Assembly: GCA_964614095.1 (NCBI GenBank)
Contig: CAZTJO010000006.1
Span: 4,735 to 68,734, forward strand
Length of the DNA stretch: 64,000 nt
Origin: an uncultured Acidimicrobiia bacterium
Lineage (GTDB): Bacteria > Actinomycetota > Acidimicrobiia > Spongiisociales > UBA11373
Direction: 5' to 3'
The notes beneath the pieces are model-generated. The model ran no database searches, was not told where the DNA came from, and saw only the letters and a list, made by a program, of their open reading frames with translations. Both the position numbers and the translations under genes were made by a program. Below, piece by piece: positions 59,456 through 64,000 of this stretch. Within the stretch, counting starts at the first letter, position 1, and each line of letters starts with the position of its first letter.

Positions 59456-60778
59456 ATGCTGCGCTGTTTCCGAGCCATTCTCCTGATCCTGTTCCTACTC
59501 CTCGTGCATACGGCCGCCCGGGCCCAAGACACCATCGAGGTACCGAGAGGGCCGGCTCCCGTGATCGACGGGGAGCTGTCGCCCGGAGAGTGGGACCAGG
59601 CAATTGAGCTGCCCACCGGAGACGCCCCGGTGGCGGCATGGGCCACGCACGACGGCAACGCGCTCTATCTCGCCTTTGAGTGCTCGGCATGCCGCGATGT
59701 CGGCACGGACTGGGAAGCGTTCGCCGTCTGTGATGATGGCGACGGCGAGTTCTACGAGGCCGGGGACAACATAGCCATCTGCTCCACCCACGGCTGTACC
59801 TCGTGCGAGTACGACGCCCCTCTCTCCTTCAGCTGCGACGAGGAGATGAGCAGTCCTCCTTGTGTGGACCCTGGAGCCAACGAGGTGATCTGGGAACTTC
59901 CTGAAGGACCGGTGCGAATGGTGGTCGGCGCCGTCATCGACGGAGTCGAGTACACATCGCCGCCCATCACCATGGCGTGTGTCGACGAGCCGGCACAGGA
60001 GCAGCCGCCTCCGACCGCGATGGACACCATCGATCCCTTCTCGACCGTAGAAGAGGTGTCGCCCGACACTGCACTCGAACCTGCTTGGGCCACGGCCGAC
60101 GACCTGGAGCCTGGAACCGCCGATACGGCCCAAGAGGCTGCCGGCATGACCCAGGACGAAATACCGCATTCCCGGTCCCCCTGGCCCTTCATCATCGGAG
60201 GAGTGACGGGCACCTTGATCCTGCTGTCCCTGATCCTCTTCCTTGTGGTCGGCGGGTCCAAGAAGCCCGATCCATGCGAAGAACTGGATGATCCCGACGC
60301 CCTCGGAGCTCGTGTCACCTGTGCCGACCCGGTGCCCGGCGCGGTGCCCGATCCCAAAAAGGGCCAGGCGGCGCGGCTGCAGAACGCCATCTCGGACATG
60401 AAAAAGCTCCCACCATCGGCGGAGCGGGACCAGAAGATCAAGGATCTGGAGGGCGAGCTAAGACGGCTCGAACCAGAGATTCCCGCCGCCGTCGGTGTCA
60501 GCAGCGAGGCCGGCGCCGACCTGCATGCCTCCGACCGCAGCGGGATCGGCGGCATCCCTCACCTGATCACCTGGGAGGTGCACACCCCACAGGGATGGCA
60601 GACGATAGGTTCCGGTGAGGATCTGCACCTCAGCCCCGGCCAGCTGCAGACACTGGCCAAGGAGAGCCCCAGTCCCGGTGTGGTCAAGGTGCGCGCCACC
60701 ATCACCTACTGCCCCGGGACGCCCAGGGAGGTGGAGGCCGGCTCGAATACGATGCAGATGGTGCCCGTCAAACCCTAG
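59456..60778 (+). CDS. Hypothetical type-I membrane protein: signal peptide, Cys-rich ectodomain, a single transmembrane helix, and a cytoplasmic coiled region plus C-terminal domain
   Basis: The start is taken at MLRCFRAILLILFLLLVHTAARA after a GGGGA Shine-Dalgarno sequence. There are 12 Cys in the ectodomain, and the transmembrane helix is WPFIIGGVTGTLILLSLILFLVV. Confidence 0.5.
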   Translation: MLRCFRAILLILFLLLVHTAARAQDTIEVPRGPAPVIDGELSPGEWDQAIELPTGDAPVAAWATHDGNALYLAFECSACRDVGTDWEAFAVCDDGDGEFYEAGDNIAICSTHGCTSCEYDAPLSFSCDEEMSSPPCVDPGANEVIWELPEGPVRMVVGAVIDGVEYTSPPITMACVDEPAQEQPPPTAMDTIDPFSTVEEVSPDTALEPAWATADDLEPGTADTAQEAAGMTQDEIPHSRSPWPFIIGGVTGTLILLSLILFLVVGGSKKPDPCEELDDPDALGARVTCADPVPGAVPDPKKGQAARLQNAISDMKKLPPSAERDQKIKDLEGELRRLEPEIPAAVGVSSEAGADLHASDRSGIGGIPHLITWEVHTPQGWQTIGSGEDLHLSPGQLQTLAKESPSPGVVKVRATITYCPGTPREVEAGSNTMQMVPVKP

Positions 60779-60887
60779 ACCGGTCCTCCGCATCGCCGGC
60801 TCTCGATACAGTGGCGGCCTCGCCAACCGGGAGCCGGTACTGCCGCACCGATCTTGTCTCGGCCGTTTCACCTGTGCCCCCATTCTG

Positions 60888-61499
60888 GTGATGGCCCTTC
60901 TTGCCGCCGCCTGCGCCGACGACACCACTGTCACCACCACGGCGTCGGCAACATCGGCACCGACGACCACCGCAGCCGTCACCACAACCGTGCCCGCCGC
61001 AACCACAGCGGCCACCGCTACCGCCTCAACCACAACAACGGTGGCCACCACGATCCCCTTTGCCGGAGATACCGGCCCCAAGTCCGGGCCCGGCACCGGC
61101 GGGCTGCTCACCAACGTCCGTTTCGGCGACCACGACGGCTTCACCCGCATCGTGTTCGATTTTGAGGAGCCGGCGCTCCCCGGATGGGAGTTCCGCTACG
61201 GAACCGATCAGGAATACGGCATGGCCTACCCGGGACCGCCCTACGTGGCCGGCAGCTCCTACCTCATGGGCCGCTTCTACCCATCAGGCACCGTCGACAT
61301 CAGTGATCCCGTGATCATTGTGCCCACCTACACCGGCGACTCCCGCATCGACGTCAACAACGCCAGCGTGGTCCAATTGCTGCTCGTAGAGGACTTCGAG
61401 GCGCAAATGTGGTGGGTCATCGGGCTCAGTGACGAGAAGCCCTTCAGCGTGGGCACCCTCACCGGCCCGCCTCGGATCTACGTCGACATCGCCGACTGA
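60888..61499 (+). CDS. Putative lipoprotein with a Thr-rich linker and an AMIN-like C-terminal domain
   Basis: LLAAAC lipobox-like Cys, followed by a roughly 50-aa Thr/Ala linker, then TRIVFDF...PPRIYVDI repeats. The signal peptide is unusually short, so the start is uncertain. Confidence 0.45.
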   Translation: MMALLAAACADDTTVTTTASATSAPTTTAAVTTTVPAATTAATATASTTTTVATTIPFAGDTGPKSGPGTGGLLTNVRFGDHDGFTRIVFDFEEPALPGWEFRYGTDQEYGMAYPGPPYVAGSSYLMGRFYPSGTVDISDPVIIVPTYTGDSRIDVNNASVVQLLLVEDFEAQMWWVIGLSDEKPFSVGTLTGPPRIYVDIAD

Positions 61500-61507
61500 C
61501 GAACTCC

Positions 61508-62185
61508 CTAATCCCGGTCGGCCTTGTCCTCGTCGTAGTAATCGAGACGATCAAACGGCATCACCAGGGAAGTGAGCACGTTCATCAGGTGCGCGGTGAT
61601 CCGCTTCAGGTAGCGGCAGAGCAGGGCACGCGGTACCGCGTCGCGCGGCGTGCCCGTCGACTCGATCTGTGCCTGTATGCAGTCGTCGTACTCATCCAGC
61701 ACATCCTCGAGTTCCTTCAGCAACGACTCGGCCGCTCCCGTATCTCGATCGCCGACGATCCGGGCGCTTTCCGCAATCAGGTTCGAAGTGCGATCTCGCA
61801 GCTCCAGGAGCGAATCGACGTCGGCGGCTTGTGACAGATCGATCCCCGCATCCGCCAGATCCCAGACGTTCTTGGCATAGTCTCCGACACGTTCGATGTC
61901 CTTGATGATGCTCGTGGTGACGAGTACCCGGGGCAGATCGGCCCGCTCTCCACGAACCGACACGTGCACGACCAGCTGCCGTCGCACCTTACGTTCCGCC
62001 TTGTTCACCCGCCGGTCGGATTTCCTGATCGTCTTGCCTACGGCCGCAGCCTCGGTTCCGCTCACGACGGCGTTGATCGCCAAGTCGAAGGTGTGCCGAC
62101 AATCGAGCAGCATCTGCACAATGAGCCCCTCGATCTCTTCGAGCTGTTCATCACCGCCCGCCTTGAAAAACTCCCAGACCATCAC
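61508..62185 (-). CDS. PhoU-domain protein (Na/Pi-cotransporter-associated regulator)
   Basis: Two PhoU-like helical repeats (IERVGDYAKNV; ITAHLMNV), adjacent to the Na/Pi cotransporter. Confidence 0.7.
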   Translation of the reverse strand: MMVWEFFKAGGDEQLEEIEGLIVQMLLDCRHTFDLAINAVVSGTEAAAVGKTIRKSDRRVNKAERKVRRQLVVHVSVRGERADLPRVLVTTSIIKDIERVGDYAKNVWDLADAGIDLSQAADVDSLLELRDRTSNLIAESARIVGDRDTGAAESLLKELEDVLDEYDDCIQAQIESTGTPRDAVPRALLCRYLKRITAHLMNVLTSLVMPFDRLDYYDEDKADRD

Positions 62186-62194
62186 AACACCTCG

Positions 62195-63349
62195 CTACTG
62201 GAGGACCAGCACCCCTACAAGGGGAATTATCACAAACACACCGACTACGTAGACGACAACAAACGATTTCCTCCTTTCGGCGATCACCGCCACCTTCTCC
62301 GCCAATGCCAAGGGAACACCGCGCAGGCCCGGCACCACATACCACACCAGCAGCCCGGACAGGTTGAACAGCAGGTGCACAAGAGCGATCACCATACCCG
62401 CCGGAATCTCGGCGGCGAGAGAGGCGAGCAGAGCCGTAATGGTGGTGCCGATGTTGGCGCCGAGGGTCATCGGGTAGGCATTGCGCAGCGTCAACACGCC
62501 GGCGGCAATCATCGGCACCAGCACCGAGGTGGTGATACTGGACGACTGAACCGCGACTGTGACGATCATGCCGATGGTGATGGCGGCAAGGCCTCCGCCT
62601 TTGGATAGAACCGCGTTCATCGAGCGCTCGATACGCCCGGCCATCACCAGCTTCATGTTGCGGGTGATGTAGGCGAGAGCCAGAAATATCAGGACCAGCC
62701 CGAACACCAGCAGGAGGGCACCGGTCAGGTGGTCCCCACAACCGAGCCTGTCGAGCAGGCTCTCCATAAGCCTCGCCGGCGCCTTCACCGCGGTCTTCAG
62801 CGCCCCGCCCGATTCGCCATACTCGAAGGTGAACAGGCCGCCGACCGCGTCGGCTATCCAGGTGGCGGTCTTGGTAAGCACGCCGGTGAGCAGCTCGAGC
62901 GGAAGCATGACGGCGACGTTGCAGATGTTGAAGAAATCATGCATCGTGGCCCCGGCAAAAGCGCGCCGGAACTCGTCGGTGCGCCGCAAGAACCCCAGTG
63001 AAGCCAGCGTGTTGGTGACGGTAGTCCCGATGTTGGCTCCCATGATCATGGGCACCGCCAGCTCCACCGGGAGCGAGCCGGCACCTACCAGCCCGACTAT
63101 GGCTGAGGTGGTCACCGACGACGACTGCACCGCCACCGTGGCCAGCACCCCCACGAACAGTCCGGCCAGCGGATTTGACGCCCGCTGAAAAAGGGAGTTG
63201 GTGAAATCCTCCCCGAAGGCTTTGATGCCGCTCTCGAGCGCCTTGACCCCGGTAAGGAAAATGTAGAGCAGGATGAGGACCAGAAGCAGCCTCACCCAGG
63301 GCGGCACACGATCTTGACCCGGCTCAGGGCTCATCCCGTCAAGCGCCAA
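62195..63349 (-). CDS. Na/Pi cotransporter family protein (NptA-like)
   Basis: The duplicated VQSSS..TTS motif (AVQSSSVTTSAIVGL and AVQSSSITTSVLVPM). Confidence 0.85.
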   Translation of the reverse strand: MALDGMSPEPGQDRVPPWVRLLLVLILLYIFLTGVKALESGIKAFGEDFTNSLFQRASNPLAGLFVGVLATVAVQSSSVTTSAIVGLVGAGSLPVELAVPMIMGANIGTTVTNTLASLGFLRRTDEFRRAFAGATMHDFFNICNVAVMLPLELLTGVLTKTATWIADAVGGLFTFEYGESGGALKTAVKAPARLMESLLDRLGCGDHLTGALLLVFGLVLIFLALAYITRNMKLVMAGRIERSMNAVLSKGGGLAAITIGMIVTVAVQSSSITTSVLVPMIAAGVLTLRNAYPMTLGANIGTTITALLASLAAEIPAGMVIALVHLLFNLSGLLVWYVVPGLRGVPLALAEKVAVIAERRKSFVVVYVVGVFVIIPLVGVLVLQ

Positions 63350-63578
63350 TCGTGTCGGGGCTGGCCGGAACCTTAGCCGAGGGCGTCGTATCCTCCGTCG
63401 GTGCCACCACGGGTGGCCGGAGAATCGAAAGAACCAGGGTCAGGCCACCGGGGTATACGCCCCCAGCGGGGACAAGACGGCACCCAGTCCTTGCCGATGC
63501 CTGCTCCCGCGCTGATCCGCCAATCGCCTGCAGTCGAACTCCTGCCGGCTTTCGATCCGGCCGCTGCCGGCGCCCTGC

Positions 63579-64000
63579 CTACGGATGGTTTCCGCTGAGC
63601 TCGGTGATGAAGAAACTCCCGTCGATCAGCTCGGCTTCATGCACCGTCCCGATCCAGATGTCATAGACCCCCGACGACGGGAAGGCGAAGTCGACTGATG
63701 GGTTCAGCGTTCCAAACGAGTCGTCGTTGCAGTGCCATTGCCCGGACGGGTCGTTGATGACGAGGATTGCATCCTCGCTGGAATCGTCGGCGATGAAGTA
63801 GAAGCGCAGCAGATCGTATGAGCCCGCCGTGTAGGTGACCTCAAAATCGGGGATGTCGTTGGCCCACCCGTAGCAGTTGGAGGGCGGCAGATAGCCGACA
63901 TCGACCGGGTCCAGGGAGCCGGCCCTGACGTCCTGGTCGGTGTACTCCCAGGGGTCAAAAAACCCGGAGGTGAGATTGAACTCGCTGTAGTACGCAGTCG
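63579..64000 (-). CDS. Partial CDS with its 5' end outside the window: the C-terminal PPC (pre-peptidase C-terminal)-like domain of a secreted protein
   Basis: Manual translation of the minus-strand frame gives ...TAYYSEFNLTSGFFDPWEYTDQDVRAGSLDPVDVGY...YDLLRFYFIADDS...GVYDIWIGTVHEA, ending at the TAG at 63579. The ORF track shows a different, Pro/Thr-rich frame. Confidence 0.45.
   Translation of the reverse strand, partial: TAYYSEFNLTSGFFDPWEYTDQDVRAGSLDPVDVGYLPPSNCYGWANDIPDFEVTYTAGSYDLLRFYFIADDSSEDAILVINDPSGQWHCNDDSFGTLNPSVDFAFPSSGVYDIWIGTVHEAELIDGSFFITELSGNHP

Noticed and set aside
60900-61080. Apparent ACC/GCC-rich repeat
   Set aside because: This is the coding sequence for the Thr/Ala-rich linker of the putative lipoprotein, not a tandem DNA repeat or CRISPR array.
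1-64000. CRISPR arrays, tRNA or rRNA genes, and IS elements
   Set aside because: No short regular direct-repeat arrays, no cloverleaf-like or rRNA-like segments, and no transposase-like ORFs were recognised.

Overview
High-GC (~68%) chromosomal window, most likely from an Actinobacteria-like organism, carrying mainly housekeeping synteny blocks. The main blocks are listed below.

- **trp cluster (minus strand, ~400-8250):** ccdA-like, trpE, an OmpR-type response regulator, a histidine kinase, trpC, trpF, trpB and trpA, with a partial nadE-like gene at the window start. The two-component system sits inside the trp cluster, and a canonical trpF is present.
- **Around 8.3-16 kb:** an MFS transporter, nth, a frameshifted xpt, two paralogous proline-tailed membrane proteins, an EamA transporter, and a large ThyX-like protein with tandem degenerate motifs.
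- **dnaE** at 16.1-19.6 kb, minus strand.
- **Sugar-phosphate module (19.7-22.9 kb):** a LacD/DUF2090-type class I aldolase followed by two tandem PfkA-family kinases with identical ribosome-binding sites. One carries the PPi-type signature (GGDD/PKT) and the other the ATP-type signature (GGDG/PKT).
- **rluD, lspA, a dksA/traR-like gene and yggU** on the minus strand (22.9-25.0 kb), followed by a T-box leader and ileS on the plus strand.
- **Complete division and cell-wall (dcw) cluster (minus strand, 28.5-45.8 kb):** yggT, sepF, yggS, pgeF, ftsZ, ftsQ, murB, murC, murG, ftsW, murD, mraY, murF, murE, ftsI, ftsL, rsmH and mraZ. Three MraZ-box-like direct repeats lie upstream of mraZ.
- **Accessory-looking segment (46-49 kb):** an SDR oxidoreductase, an HNH endonuclease, a degenerate serine-recombinase-domain protein and two hypothetical proteins, followed by the MoxR-DUF58-transglutaminase triad.
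- **Window end (54-64 kb):** dinB, a DUF3040 protein and a MerR regulator; a histidine phosphatase; a cluster of envelope proteins (secreted beta-propeller, Arg-rich membrane protein, Cys-rich type-I membrane protein, AMIN-like lipoprotein); a PhoU-like gene with a Na/Pi cotransporter; and a partial PPC-domain protein.

No rRNA, tRNA, CRISPR array or obvious insertion sequence was recognised. Many long ORFs in the track are antisense artefacts of the high GC content.
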